Assembly: GCF_009914755.1 (NCBI RefSeq)
Contig: NC_060931.1
DNA: 64,000 bases
Reading direction: 5' to 3' (one strand)
Source: the human T2T-CHM13v2.0 reference genome, Homo sapiens
The notes under the pieces are model-generated. The model saw nothing but the letters and a program-made list of their open reading frames with translations. It was not told the origin of the DNA and searched no databases. The translations under genes and the position numbers were made by a program. Each line of letters begins with the position of its first letter. Position 1 is the stretch's first letter. Positions 1 through 17,064 of this stretch are shown here, piece after piece.

Positions 1-659
1 AATGTTCCAAGAACCTAGTTATTATGCAACAGTCTTTAATTGGTAGCTGAAAATAGGATATATTTTAGCATTCTCAGATGGTTTTTATCTAATATGAATA
101 ACATCACTGCCAACGTTCCTTGAATAATTGTGTATATTCTACATAAGTAGTTGCAGCAAAGGTGTTGTCAGAACAGCAAAATGACTCTCCCTCATGTCGG
201 AAGAAGTATATCTAATTTAAACCTCCATGTAGGCCTGTCAGTCTGCTGTCTGGCTGAAATTCTATTAAAGCCAATGCTCTCTATCTGTGCCTCAGCCTTC
301 GGTGGCAAGGAGCATGTGACAGTTCTCAAGGAACAGAATCTGAGTAGTCCTATAATTTATTTGTTCATTTCATCCGTTTATGAAAGGTAACAAGAGCACT
401 AGTCATTTGGGAAAAGATTTACAAAATATAATTAAATGTGATCACTGCTTTCCTATCCCAATGTGCTGATGCAGTAGATAACATCCAGATCAAAGTTACT
501 GTTTCCTATCTGCCTTAAAGTCTTCAGTCACACATCAGGGAAGAGGAGACTTTAGTTGAATATGAAAAGTGAGCCTACATTCTACAACAAAGGGCATATT
601 CTTGTATTATCCATTGATTCTAACTGGTAGGTGGAAAAGGCACTCCTGGTTACCAACCC

Positions 660-1490
660 TGCAGTTTTTTCCCCTCCCCTGCTGGTTGAGTCCCCATCTT
701 CCATTGTAAGTCAGGTATAAAACTCTATTGGCCTAAGTGAATCACGCTAATCCCATTATCTTTTTCACTGATAGGTTTAGGGAGGGAAATATGACCCAGT
801 CCTGGCTCCTGAAATGTAAAAAGTCAGCTGAGGGACTTTAGGTGAAGGGTTTCCTGTTCTACATAAAAGACCCAGAAGAAGAGATGCTCCCTTCTTTTTC
901 CACTGAATCTCATCATGTCTCCGTGAATGAGATGTTTGGAGCAGTGATAATCACCTAGTGACCATGGAGAAAAAGCTTCCTTAAGTAATTGGCACAGTGT
1001 TAATGTTAGAGAAAAGAGGTTCTGAGTTATTGATATATAAATGACCAATTGAATAAATGGGCTCTAAAACTGCCCTTACTGTCTCATGTTTGAGATAAAA
1101 ATGTTTTCTTGACCGGGCACAATGGCTCACTCCTGTAATCCCAGCATTTTTGGAGACCAAGGCAGGTGGATTGCTTGAGTTCAGGAGTTCAAGACAGACT
1201 GGGAAACATGGTGAAAACTCATCTCTAAAAAACAAAAAAATACAAAAAAATAGCCAGGCATAATGGCATATGCCTGTAGTCCCAGCTACTCAGGAGGCTG
1301 AGGTGGGAGGATGGCTTGAGCCTGAGAGGTCGACGCTGCAGTTAGCTGTGATGATGCTACTGCACTCCAGCCTGGGTTACAGAGTGAGACCATGCGTCAA
1401 AAACAAAAGAAAAACAAAACAACAAACCAAAAAAAAGTTTTCTAGTTTCTTAACATATTGAGTCAAAGTTTTTCTGTAACTTTGGGTTAA
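660..1490. mobile_element. Old ERVL-type LTR (LTR16/LTR33-like), interrupted by AluJ
   Basis: Motif 'ataggtttagggagggaaatatgacccagtcctggc' resembles recalled LTR16/33 consensus; highly diverged. Confidence 0.5.
1111..1436 (+). mobile_element. AluJ SINE
   Basis: Dimeric Alu with J-type 'ggaggatggcttgagcc' and A-rich tail; degenerate TSD aaaatgttttct / aaaaagttttct. Confidence 0.95.
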
Positions 1491-1771
1491 ATGCCTCTTT
1501 ACTGATACAATTAACCCTTTAGAATTCCACCTGGTGGCTGTATCCTTTTTCTCTGAAGGACACACGATTTATTTACTTGGTTTTCCTACCAGTGACCTTA
1601 CCCTTCAATATTAGTGAGTCATGCACGGAGTCTCTCATTTCCAAAGAAGCACTGGTTGTGGAGGATGTGTTACAGGAAAGGCAAGTTTGTGCCACACTGT
1701 GGGATTGCTGCCCAAGAGTGCTATGGGGTGTGTGCAGAATACCAGCCACTACTACCAGTTCTCCTTGCAAT

Positions 1772-1807
1772 GCACACATATGCACACACACACACACACA
1801 CACACAC
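1772..1807. repeat. (CA)n microsatellite
   Basis: Direct reading. Confidence 0.95.
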
Positions 1808-2164
1808 TGATAGGGAGGGAAGTATATCTTCAAAGTACCTAAATGCTTTGGTCAGTTGGACTACATGGCTAATAACATTCACAATCCTGTATGTATTGAA
1901 GGTGGAATTGGTGGTAGTCATTAATAGGACCACAAAAAAATACAATATGCCCAGAATACCACTTTTATTGAGACAGAGACTGGGGTGGAAGGCCTGGATT
2001 TAGGTTGTGAGCCAAATGGAACTGTTAATATCAAACCCAAGAATCAGGCAGCTTATCACCATCAGTCCAGTGAGGCTTCCAACATGTGAGAACAAAAGTA
2101 AACTCATAATTTTGGTGGGCACGTTCACTCCCTAAGATCAGAAAAAGGGTTGAGCTGAGCATAG

Positions 2165-2543
2165 TGCTATGAACTGGGTTGTGTTCCCTTAAATTCCTAT
2201 GTGGGAACTCCCATTCCCAATGTGATATTTGGGATTTGAAGATGGGCCTTTTGGGAGATAATGAGTTTTAGTTGAGGCCAGGAGGGTGGCATCCTCATGG
2301 TAGAATTAATGTCCCTGTAAGAAGAGACACCATAGAGCTTGTTTCTTCTCGCTCTCCACCATATGAGGACACCGGGAGAAGATGACTTTCTGCAAGCCAG
2401 GAAGAGAGCCCTCATCAAGAACTGAATCCTCTGGTACCTAGATCTTGGACTTTCAGCCCCCAGAATTGTAAGAAATAATTGTCGGTTGTTTAAGCCACCC
2501 AGGCTTCAGTATTTTGTTATAGCAGCCTAGGAAGAATAATACA
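2165..2543 (+). mobile_element. MLT1A-like MaLR solo LTR
   Basis: TG...CA ends; 'gcaagccaggaagagagccctc' and 'tttaagccacccag...tattttgttatagcagcc'. Confidence 0.88.
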
Positions 2544-3869
2544 CACACCTACTGATTCTTCTAAGACTTACCAACAATATAAAGACCTCCCTAATGAGCA
2601 AGCAGGTGGAGAATAACCAGGCATCATATTATTTTGACCTCTCTTCACAAGAAGAAAACTTTGGGAATGGAAAAGATGTGCACATTATTAAAATTGTTTT
2701 TCTCTTCTTCCCCTCATTGTGAATCTCTGTGGGAGCAAGTTGTAGGTGGGTGAGAGGAAGAGTGATTTCCTTCCGCAGTTCAGTAATTCTGCAGCAAGTT
2801 TCTCTCTTGGATGTTGGTTTGTGTGTTCTGCCCTGGAGAAAAGGGACCAGTTGGTAGATGAGAGAGGGTAGTGATTTTTTTTTTGTCCTCCTGCAGAGAA
2901 GAAAGGAGTGTGATGAAGGGCTGGGACTCATGAGGTCTAGCTCTTTGATTTTGTACTGAGCTGAGGCCCAGAGAGGTGAATAACAGTATGGTGACCCAGG
3001 TTGTTCTTCATGGTATCCCACTGCTAGGAGTCAAAGATGTGGACTCCAATTCTACATAACAGGCTCAGTCTTCAATGATTATCTTTTGAACTCTTTGAAC
3101 CTGCCAACCACAGGAGCAAAATTTACTAAGCATGAGATACATTTTGTTCTTTCCACTCTCAGGAGTTTATTACTAACTGTCCCTTAGCCTTAATTAAAGA
3201 ATTAATGTGCAGTTTTTGTGTTTGTCTGCAGATTTATATGTGAAAGCACTGTATATCTTTGGCTTAAAACTTGGCTGGATTTCTTAATCAAGTGTTAAGA
3301 AAGTTATTCACATAATATATTCCAAGTTAAGTGGAAAAAAAGAGAAACACATTTATGTCTCCGTCGTTAAAAGTTTTGCGAACATCAACCAGATTTTGAG
3401 AACATTGCTTATCTCTGCGAAGTGGGCTGAGTTAGCTGAGAGTAGGGGCAGAGAGGAACATATATTTTTGACTTTATATACTTGGTTCTAAATTTTCTTT
3501 GAGCTATATATGATTTGTTGCTTAAGTGATTTGTTCTTCGGGACCTTTAAAAAACAAGTTTTGGTATGCATGGAGATTTGAATAGCTCCTCATTCTGTTT
3601 TATAAAGTTGCTAGTTAAGAAAAGAATTCACCTGTGGAAAAGTTTGGACATGGGAATCAAACAGGTCAGGATTTGACTTTCAATTCTGCCTCTTCCTGTC
3701 TGTAAAAGGTCCTGCAAACAACTCAATTACTTTGTGTTTCCTCCTCTTTAAAGACTTGTACTGATTAGAAGTAATATAGATATCAAGTTTGTTACAAAGC
3801 AGACATTAATAAAGTGCTGGCTACATAAGTAGAAGGGAGATCCTGAACTGCCACACGTGGAGGATGATG

Positions 3870-3969
3870 GCTATCCCTGTTTACCCAATTATCCCACTGT
3901 AATTGTTACTAACACCCTTTTTCATTTTCACATCACTTGAATTGCATGATAAATTACATGGTTACCCTA
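3870..3969 (-). mobile_element. MER81-like hAT-Blackjack DNA transposon fragment
   Basis: Ends 'gataaattacatggttacccta', matching the recalled MER81 terminal repeat. Confidence 0.6.
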
Positions 3970-4724
3970 TCATAAGTCATGTTAAGAGTTTGAACTTTAT
4001 GCCAAAACTTGTGGAGGGAACCTGAGAGAGAAGACTATGCCCCAGAGGTCATATGTTTCCAAAATTTTCACCAACCACAGAGGATGCCTGCCTGAGTAGT
4101 TAAGTGGCATGTTTAAAGAATAGACGGTGGTGCAATCCTAGCAGTAAAAGAAGAGAATCAAATGGTCTAAGGGAGCAGTGAACGATGAGTCTGGCGATGG
4201 AAGGAGACAGTTATGAAATGAGGCCACTCTGGAGAAGGGATTTGAACGGATGCCTTCCTCTTTTCTGTTGCTGGTTTGTTTGCTTTTTAAATTTCAGTAC
4301 TGAGAAGTAAAAAAATCATTTGAATATTCCCACGAATTCATATTAAATTGGATTCTCTAGCTAATGCAATGTTATTATTAGGGACTGAATCACTCACTCT
4401 GAAACCATCAGCTGATGCATTTCAGAGATAAACATTTAGTAGATATGCCACTTCTTCTATTTCTACTTGCTGGATGGAATACAAACATCAAAAGATCGTA
4501 TGGGGTATAGATAAGAAGGCTGGATCATTCCTGTGTGCCTAAAAAGACATGGAAGAACATCCCAGGTAAAGATTTACTTACAGACAGTCTCAGGTGGGGA
4601 TGTTAACATGTTGTTCTTTCAGAGTGTGGAGCGTATTCTAAAGCAGGGAATACCCTGTGTGCAAGGGGAGCATGCATTTGTTCATGAAGGAGCGGAGAAC
4701 TAGATCAGATTTCATTTTCTGTTC

Positions 4725-5075
4725 CAGTTGTTCTTAATCAGAGAATGCATACATATTACCTGGGAAGCTTTTGAAAAATATACATGCAGGAGCACTCTAC
4801 CAGATCTAATAAATTAGAATGGATGGGTGGAGGGCTAGTGAATCACGAAAACTTTCCAGGTGAGTCTAATGTATACCCTGGGTTAGGAACTAATGCTCTA
4901 GGCCTGTGGTTCTTACATTTTTTCATGAATGAAGTGGCCTCAAGTCTTGGTAAAATTGAGGTTTCTTGGTCCCGTGTTCAGAGTTCCTAATTCATGGATT
5001 TTAATACAACTTGAGAATATGTATTTCTAACAGGTTCCCAGGTGATCCTGATGCCCACACTTTGAGAACCACTTC
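4725..5075. mobile_element. Two adjacent MER5-family (hAT-Charlie) elements
   Basis: Each ends with 'ccaggtga(g/t)...ga(g)aac(c/t)a(c/a)t' MER5 terminus; junction near 4900. Confidence 0.7.
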
Positions 5076-5372
5076 TTTAGGCTGTCCCCTTCTTAATCTC
5101 TACCCTCACTGCTTTAATTCAGGAAATATTAATCTTTACTTGCCTGGACTATTACTGTAGATTTCCATCTTGTGTCATTACCTTCTACTTAATCTGTTGC
5201 TAGAGTGATCTTTCTAAAATAAAAAAGTTTATCTATCTACCTATCTAACTATCTATCATCTATCTGTCTGTATATCTATCTATTAGTTTCATTCATGGTT
5301 CCTGGCTTATAACTCCCATGGCCCTTGTTACATTTTTTTGATATAGCATTTGAGCACTTTAGGCCTCAGAAG

Positions 5373-5376
<4 letters not shown>

Positions 5377-5408
<32 letters not shown>

Positions 5409-5429
5409 TCACACACACACACACACACA
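5377..5429. repeat. Compound (TC)n(CA)n microsatellite
   Basis: Direct reading. Confidence 0.95.
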
Positions 5430-6233
5430 CCTTTTCCTACCCTCCTCTCACCTGCTCTATTTTTTTCCCCAAGGCAGGCTTTCCCCCACCTTTCTGTCTT
5501 GGAGCTGGCCATAAAGAAATTCTCTGATTTACCTTGTCTGATTTTAGGTCATAAGACACTCATTTCAGAAGGGGTCCTGCCTGATGCCTGGGAAGAAGAA
5601 ATGCTGCGCCGAGATGCCAAGAAAAATAGAGACAGGCCTCACTGGGTTTCCTCACTTAGTCTATTAGTATTAGATAATACCCCTTTTGTCCAATCACATC
5701 TCTACACAGTTATCAATCATGCCTATCAAATGCAGTCTCCAGAGAAGGCTTAAGAGGAAGGGGTGTTAAGAGCTTCTGGACAGCTGAATTCATGGAGGCT
5801 TGCAGGAAGGAGAACGAGAACTCATCATGTCCCAAAAGGGTGGTGCAACCCAACTCCACAGGGACAGAAGCTCCTGTGCTCAGGACCCTTCCAGACCTCG
5901 TCTTGTATGTCTTTTCATATGGCTGTTTATTTGTATCCTTTAAATATCCTTTATAATAAACTTATAAATGTAAATAAGTGTTTCCCTGAGTTTTATGAGC
6001 TGCTTTAGCAAATTAATTAAGCCTAAAGAGGGGGTCATGGGAACTCCAACTTGAAGCCAATCAGTCAGAAGTTCCAGAGGCTGGACTTGCAAATGGGGTC
6101 CGAAGTAGTGGGGAGTCTTGTGGGATTGAGCCCTCAACCTCTAGGATCTGACACCATCTCCGGGTAGATAGTGTCAGAGTTGAATTGGATTGGAGGACAT
6201 TCAGCTGGTGTCCACTGCAGAATTGATTACTTA

Positions 6234-6583
6234 TATATTAGTTTGTTTTCACGCTGCTTATAAAGACATACCCAAAACTGGGAACAAAAAAAGATTTAAT
6301 TGAACTTAAAGTTCCACATGGCTGGGGAGGCCTCAGAATCATGGCGAGAGGCGAAAGGCTCTTCTTACATGGTGGTGACAAGAGAAAATGAGGAAGCAAA
6401 AGCGGAAACTCCTGATAAACCCATCAGATCTCCTGAGACTTATTCACTACCATGAGAATAGCATGGGAAAGACAGGCCCCCATGATTCAATTACCTCCCC
6501 CTGGGTCTCTCCCACAGCACATGGGAATTCTGGGAGATACAATTCCAGTTGAGATTTTGGTGGGGACACAGCCAAAGCATGTT
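6234..6583 (-). mobile_element. THE1 (THE1C-like) MaLR solo LTR
   Basis: 'ttcacgctgcttataaagacataccc...gagattttggtggggacacagccaaa'. Confidence 0.92.
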
Positions 6584-6929
6584 GCTTGCTTGTTGATGGG
6601 GAGAAATCCCCCACACATTTGATCATATAACTTTTCTGTGTTGATTGTTGTGGGGTGAGAGCAGAGAAAAAACAGAGCAGAGAAAAAACAATTTGTGGGT
6701 TTTTTTTTCCCCACACAATCTCTCAATACCTTAAAGTGTTTTCATGACTCCTCACTTAATTAAGTAAAACTTTATGGAACTCTTTGGTTCCTGCTACCAC
6801 ACCAGCCTCATCTCCCACTGCTCAGCCATGCTGTGATGCTTTTCTTCAGAGCAGACCAAATTCTCCCAGATAATAGTGAATTTATTACTGTTGCTGCAAA
6901 GCAGTGAGGAGGACAGACTTCCAGAGCTC

Positions 6930-7205
6930 CTTTTAGACTTTTCCATTTCTGCTTCTGGCTTATAGGCTTGGGCAATTTACTTTGCCTCTTTGTTATTTTC
7001 TCATTTGTAAAGTAGAGTTGACAACATAGTTATTACCTCTTATGATGACATTTAATTTCATATATATGTGAATATGTGCTCTCTCTCTCCCTTTAAATAA
7101 ATATATATATTTATATATACATAAATTTATACATATATACATATATTTATAGCATTTGGAATAGTACCCAGTAAGTAGTAGACATTTACATATTAGCTGC
7201 TGTGG
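6930..7205. mobile_element. MIR fragment with internal TA-rich tract
   Basis: 'ttgggcaatttactt...tttctcatttgtaaa' MIR core. Confidence 0.6.
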
Positions 7206-8308
7206 AACCATTTTTTTCAAGGAATCTCCCACTCATCCTTGAATACCAGTTTGGATAACACTTTTTTGGAAGAGGCAGGCCTGTGTTCTCTATGTAAAGT
7301 GTTTCTTTCTTTGATCACTTAGTTTCTTTCTTTGATCACTTATACTGTTTAATTCATGTTTCCATGATAATACTTAGTAGTTCTCTTTCATTCATCTATG
7401 AGCCTCTAAAGAGCAGATTTTGTTGTAATTGTTTGGTAATATGGCTCCTCTAGAAGCCTAGCCACAGTGCTTAAAAATATTGGTTAAAAGAATACTTTGT
7501 TGAACAATCAACTGATAAACCCTAACCATTGGGTCATGAGCCCCATAGAAGATGAGAATGATGGTTATGAAACAAAAGAGAAGACCTGAACACAAGGGAG
7601 CAAATGCCACATAGAACAGAAGCTGTTAGCCAGGTTACCCCCTTCTCTTCCTCTCTAATCCTGTATCAGCCAATCACAGAGTCTATCATTTGTTTTTTTC
7701 AGGAAAATCTAAGAAGGGAAAGCGTTAGACAACTAAGACATATAGAATCAGAAATAGTTGATGTTTTGTGTAGGGAATGAAAATTATTCAAAATATTCTG
7801 ATACATTTTGTTTTGAAGCCAAGCATATCTACAGTAAAATGCACAAATCTAACTGTAGAGCTTGATGGATTCTTACAAGGTGAACACACCCATATAATCA
7901 ACACTCAGATCAAAATATAAACATTTATCTTACCTCGGAAGCCTCCTTTATGGCACTTGCCAGTCATTCTCCTCAAAAGGATTTTATTTCTGCAACCTCG
8001 ATTTTATTTCTGTAACCACTTTTGCCTTTTTTGAATTGAATTTGAATTAAATGGAATTTTACCACAGGTTGTTTTGTGTCTGCTATTTTTGCCCATCATG
8101 TGTCTAACAGAGTTAGTCATATTTTTGAGTGAAGCAGTAGTTTATTTTCTCATTGTTTTATAGTTTCTATTATTATAATATACTATAATTTATTTATTCA
8201 TTCCACTGTTGATGAACACTTGGGTCATTTACAGTTTTTGACATTTAAAAATTGTACTGCTGTGAATGTTCTTGTAAAAAGTCTGGTAGTCAAATTATTG
8301 GGACACAA

Positions 8309-8946
8309 TGTGGCAGATAGACTCTAAGGTGACCCTCAATGATCTTTACCTCCTGGTGTCTAAACCTTTGTGTACTTCCCCACCCCACAAAGTGAGGACA
8401 GGACCTACAACTTGCTTTTAACCCATACAATATGGCAAAGGTGATAAGATATCACTCCTTTTCTGAGGTTCCGTTATGTAGCACAGGTAATGAGATAGCA
8501 CTTCTGTAATTATGTTATGCTACTTAAGAGTGTGGCATAGTAATTGGAGCAAGAGGTGCTACTTGCTGGTTTGTTGAAGTGAACAGTTATGTTGAGAGAG
8601 CCCACTTGGCCAGGAACTGTGGGTGGCTTCTAAGACTTGAGGCCAGCCTCTTTCTGGTAAACAGCGTAAAGCTGGGACCTTCAGTCGTATAGTCCAAAGA
8701 AAATAAGTTCTTCGAACAACCTGAATAAGCTTGGAAGCATATCCTTCCCCACTTGAGCTTCTGGATGAGAACACAGTCAAACTGACACTTTGATGCATCG
8801 TGTGAGACCCTGAACAGAAGACCCATCTAATCTGTGCCCCAAACTCCTGACCTGGAAAGTGTAAAAGAATAAATGCATGTTTCAAGCTGCTAAGTTTGTG
8901 GTAATTTGCTATTAATACTAAGTTTTTGGCAATAAAAAACTAATAT
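8309..8946 (+). mobile_element. MLT1E-like MaLR LTR
   Basis: 'tgtggcagatagactctaaggtgacc' start; 'aagctgctaagtttgtggtaatttg' end. Confidence 0.85.
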
Positions 8947-9699
8947 ATAGAGAGTATGCATGAGCTTCTAAACATTGGTAGGTAACGTCAAATTATTTCA
9001 AAAATTGTGGTATCTGTTTATACTACCAATAAATAAGAGTTTAAATTATTCCACATCTTTGACAATATTTGATACTCTGAGGATTGTTTATAGTCATTCT
9101 AAGGAGTGTAACTTCATTTTGCATTTTTCTGATGACTAATTTTGTAAAACAACTTTTCATACACTTATTGGCCAATTATGTTAGAAGTACCTGTAAAGGT
9201 CTTTGGCCAATCAATTTCCTATAGATGCATTGTTTATACAGTCTAGATACAAGTCCTTTATCATGTACTGAATTATAGACTTGTTCTTCCACTTTGGTTT
9301 ATCTTTTCACTCTCAATCAATGTCTTAATAAATAGATATCTTGATTTTAGAGTAGTCTAATTCATCAATATTTTCTTTATTGTTGGTACATTTTGTGTTG
9401 TATTTAGGTATTCTCCTAAATTCTAGGACATGTATGTATTGTTTTACCTATCACAGTGTTATGTGTAGTTTATTCTTGTGTATGGTTTTTACCCATGTGA
9501 ATAAACAGTTATTCCAATGCTATTTATGGTAAAAGTAATTCTTTCCTTACTCTGTTTTAGTGGCATCTTTATAGCATTTGTGGGGATGCATTTTAGGACT
9601 CTGCATAGCTCTATTTGTCTATATTGTATCAATGCCATATGGTCTTAATTGTATTAGTTTTAACTTAAATTTTTTTTTCTGTTTAAACGTTGATTATTT

Positions 9700-13730
<4,031 letters not shown>

Positions 13731-16336
13731 ACCTTAATGCTTGCTAGTACAAAATAGTCTTGATATCTTTTAATGTAAGTTCTTTTTTTAAACTCTTTTC
13801 CCAAATTGTCTTCAATATTCTTGACTGATTGGATTTCCACGTAAATGGTAAAATTAAGGGGTCAATTTTCCCAGTGAAATCTGCTGGGATTTTGGTTGGT
13901 ATTGCATTGAGTTTATAAATATATTTTAGGACAAAATAATTGAAAATTTTATAATTTTGAGTCTACCAATTCATGACTTAATATAATCCTCCATTTATTT
14001 ACGGTTTTAAAAAATTTTATCAATAATATCTTGTTGTTTTCCCTGGAGGTGTGTTGGTTAGATTTATTCATAGAATTTGATGTAATTATTATTTCAGATT
14101 TTTAGCTTTTTAATTTTCCATTTGTTAGGTGCTAGTTTATAGAAACAATTTTAATGGTGACTTTGTCTTTCTGTGACTTAGCAACTCTGCTAAAATTATT
14201 TAACTGTAATTGTCAGTTATTTGAGATGTTCTATGTATAAAAATCTCACTGGCTGCAAAATAATTATATTTCCATTTTCTTCTCTCCAATCATATATTTT
14301 ATTTTATTTTTTGCCTTATAACACTGGGTTGGGTATCCAGCACAAGGTTAAGTGGAAGTCATGATACTGAGACATTCTTATCTCATGTTAGATCTGAGAA
14401 ATTAGGCTTTCAAAATGTCAACATTAAGTATTTTTACATATTTTGTAAATTGTTTAAAAACATACCTTTCTATTTCCAGCTTGCTAAGAATATCATGAAT
14501 GTTCATTTAATTTTATAAACTACATTTTTCTGCACCTATTGAGATAATCATATGCTTTTTCCGTTTATTTCTTTAAAGAAGTTCATTACATGGATTGAGT
14601 TTCAAGTGTGAAGTGACATTTTCCTTTTTGAAATCAAGCCAACAAATGTGGTATTAACACTTACTTAAGTGTTTTTAAAGAATTCACCATTAAAGCTATC
14701 TGGACTTACTTAATTATGAAAAATATTTAAATAAATAATTTCTTAATAAATATTAAATTATCCTTTTTGTCAGCTGTGATAATGTAATTTATGTAAACTT
14801 TGTATATTTCATTCAAATTACCACATTTATTAGTAAAAAAATGCTTATGTATTTATTAGTACAAACTATCATATCTTTTTGGTATCTGTAGCTTCTCAAG
14901 TAATGGTGACTTTATTATTCCTGGTCTTTATAATTTGTCTTCTCCCTCCCACCCCCTGCTCTCTACCTATACAGTATTATTGGAAGTTTAAATTTTAATT
15001 GATATTTAAAAAATCGACTTTTAGCTTTGTTGATTTTCTCAATTTTATATCTGCTTTCTGTTTCATTGATTTCTGCTTTTGTGTTTATTATTTCCTTCTC
15101 TGTTAGATCTAGTTTGCTATTGATTTTGTAGCTTCTTTTCTAATATATGTATTTAATGCTATAAATTTTCTTTTTTTGTTATATAGGTAAATTGGATGTA
15201 ACAGGGGTTTGGTGTACAGTTAAAATGTACAGTTAAAATGCTTTAACTGCATTTTACAAGTTTTAGAATGTCATTATTTCATTGTTTTCCTTTCCATTGT
15301 GTTTAGTTCACTGACTCCTGAGTAACTTAGATGTATATTGCTTAATTTCTAAATACTTGAGTTTTTGTTCAACTTTATGTTATTGATTTCTAGCTTAAGA
15401 TTACTGTTAAATGCACATTTTATTATTTCGATTTTCAAAATTTGTTGATTTGCTCAATGACGAAATAACAAGATTAAACAAAACTAATTTGTTATAATTT
15501 CTGTGAGATTTTGGAATAGATTACCCTCCAGCTCTTGAACAAAATATTATAGCTAATTAGGTTATATTTAGCAATTAAGTTGTTCAAATATTCTAATCCT
15601 TACTTTTTAAAAATCTATTCTTCCTGTTACTGAAAGGGATATGGTAGTATCTGCAGCTATGACTATAGATTTGTCTATTGCTCCTCTTTCTTCTGTCATT
15701 TTTCTGTTAGTATTTCTTCCTTAGAAGTATACTTTCTAAATTAATATACTTATAATCCCTTTTTTTGCTTATGATTCACATAGTATATAGGTTTTTTTGT
15801 CTATTGACTTTTAAATCTTTTATATTCTTATATTTAAGATGTGTCTCCTGTAAAAAGCACATATAGTTTTATTTTTTATACAGAATAGTATAGTTCTTTA
15901 AGTGGAATATTTAGTCTACTTACATTAATAAAATTACTAATATAATTGAGTTAAAATCTGTACCTCTGTATTTTTATTTGTCTTGCCAGTTCTTTGTTTA
16001 TCTTGATTTCTTTAAAAATTTCCAAGGTCTAGTTTTAATTCTTACTTGACTTAACTAGTTATGTGGCTATAAGCAAATAAAGACTTTCATTTTCTCATGT
16101 GTAAATGAAATTATTGGACTAGATAAAAAGACCTCATTCTCTTTCCACTCTCTATGGTTATTTGGTTCTGTAAGTCTAGTCAAGATTCTTCTGAGCAAGA
16201 AAAAAGAATGGAAAGAAAAATTTTAAATGTTATTATCATATATATGTCCTTTGTGTAGGTCCATGCAATTCTAAAATATTTTGGTTGTATTTAACTGTCT
16301 TCAGAGTATATAAAATGATTGCTGTCAAATGGTATA

Positions 16337-16692
16337 TGATATGGTTTGGCTGTGTTCCCACCCTAATCTCATCTTGAATTGTAGCTCCCATAATTCCCAT
16401 GTGTTGTGGGAGGGCCCTGGTGGGAGATAACTGAATCATAGGGGTGGTTTCCCTCATACTGTTCTTATGGTAGTGAATAAGTCTCAGAAGATCTTATGAT
16501 TTTATAAGGGGTTCCCCCTTTCACTTGGCTCCCATTCTTTCTTGTCTGCCACTATGTAAGACTTGCCTTTCACCTTCTGCCATTATTGTGAGGCCTCCCC
16601 AGCCACATGGAATTGTGAGTCCATTAAACCTCTTTTCCTTTATAAATTACCCAGTCTTGGGTATGTCTTTATCAGCAGCATGAAAATGGACT

Positions 16693-16698
<6 letters not shown>
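16337..16698 (+). mobile_element. THE1B-like solo LTR
   Basis: 'tgatatggtttggctgtg...aaaatggactaatac'. Confidence 0.93.

Positions 16699-16740
<42 letters not shown>
16698..16740. repeat. (TG)~21 microsatellite
   Basis: Direct reading. Confidence 0.97.
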
Positions 16741-16742
<2 letters not shown>

Positions 16743-17064
16743 CATATATATAACATACATACATATATAATACAGTATATATAAAAATATATATTTTGTA
16801 ATGTTTTTATGTATTTCTATGGTTCATTGAAAGAATCACAGCTTAATTTAATAGTTAGGACTTTTTGCACTTTGGAAAATGACTTTCCCTATTAACATTG
16901 AATAGACTTAGTAAAGACAGTCGTATGTAAACTATTTACTTTATGCCTTCCTTGTTAGGTTTCTCCAGAGTGCGATGCTTTCAAATAAACATAGGTCGTA
17001 GTGTCAGGAGGATCTGGATTTAAATTCTAGCTAGGTGAATTGGAAAAGTTATTTAGTATTTCTC

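Larger units (their letters stand above)
5280..6717 (+). mobile_element. MER21A-like LTR, interrupted by THE1 and containing a (TC)n(CA)n tract
   Basis: 'tcctttataataaa...tgtttccctgagtt', 'gagccctcaacct...gatagtgtcagagttgaatt', 'ccccacacatttg'. Confidence 0.8.

Noticed and set aside
7301-8019. 20-21-bp direct repeats as a CRISPR-like array
   Set aside because: They are simple two-copy tandem duplications without spacers, in eukaryotic DNA.
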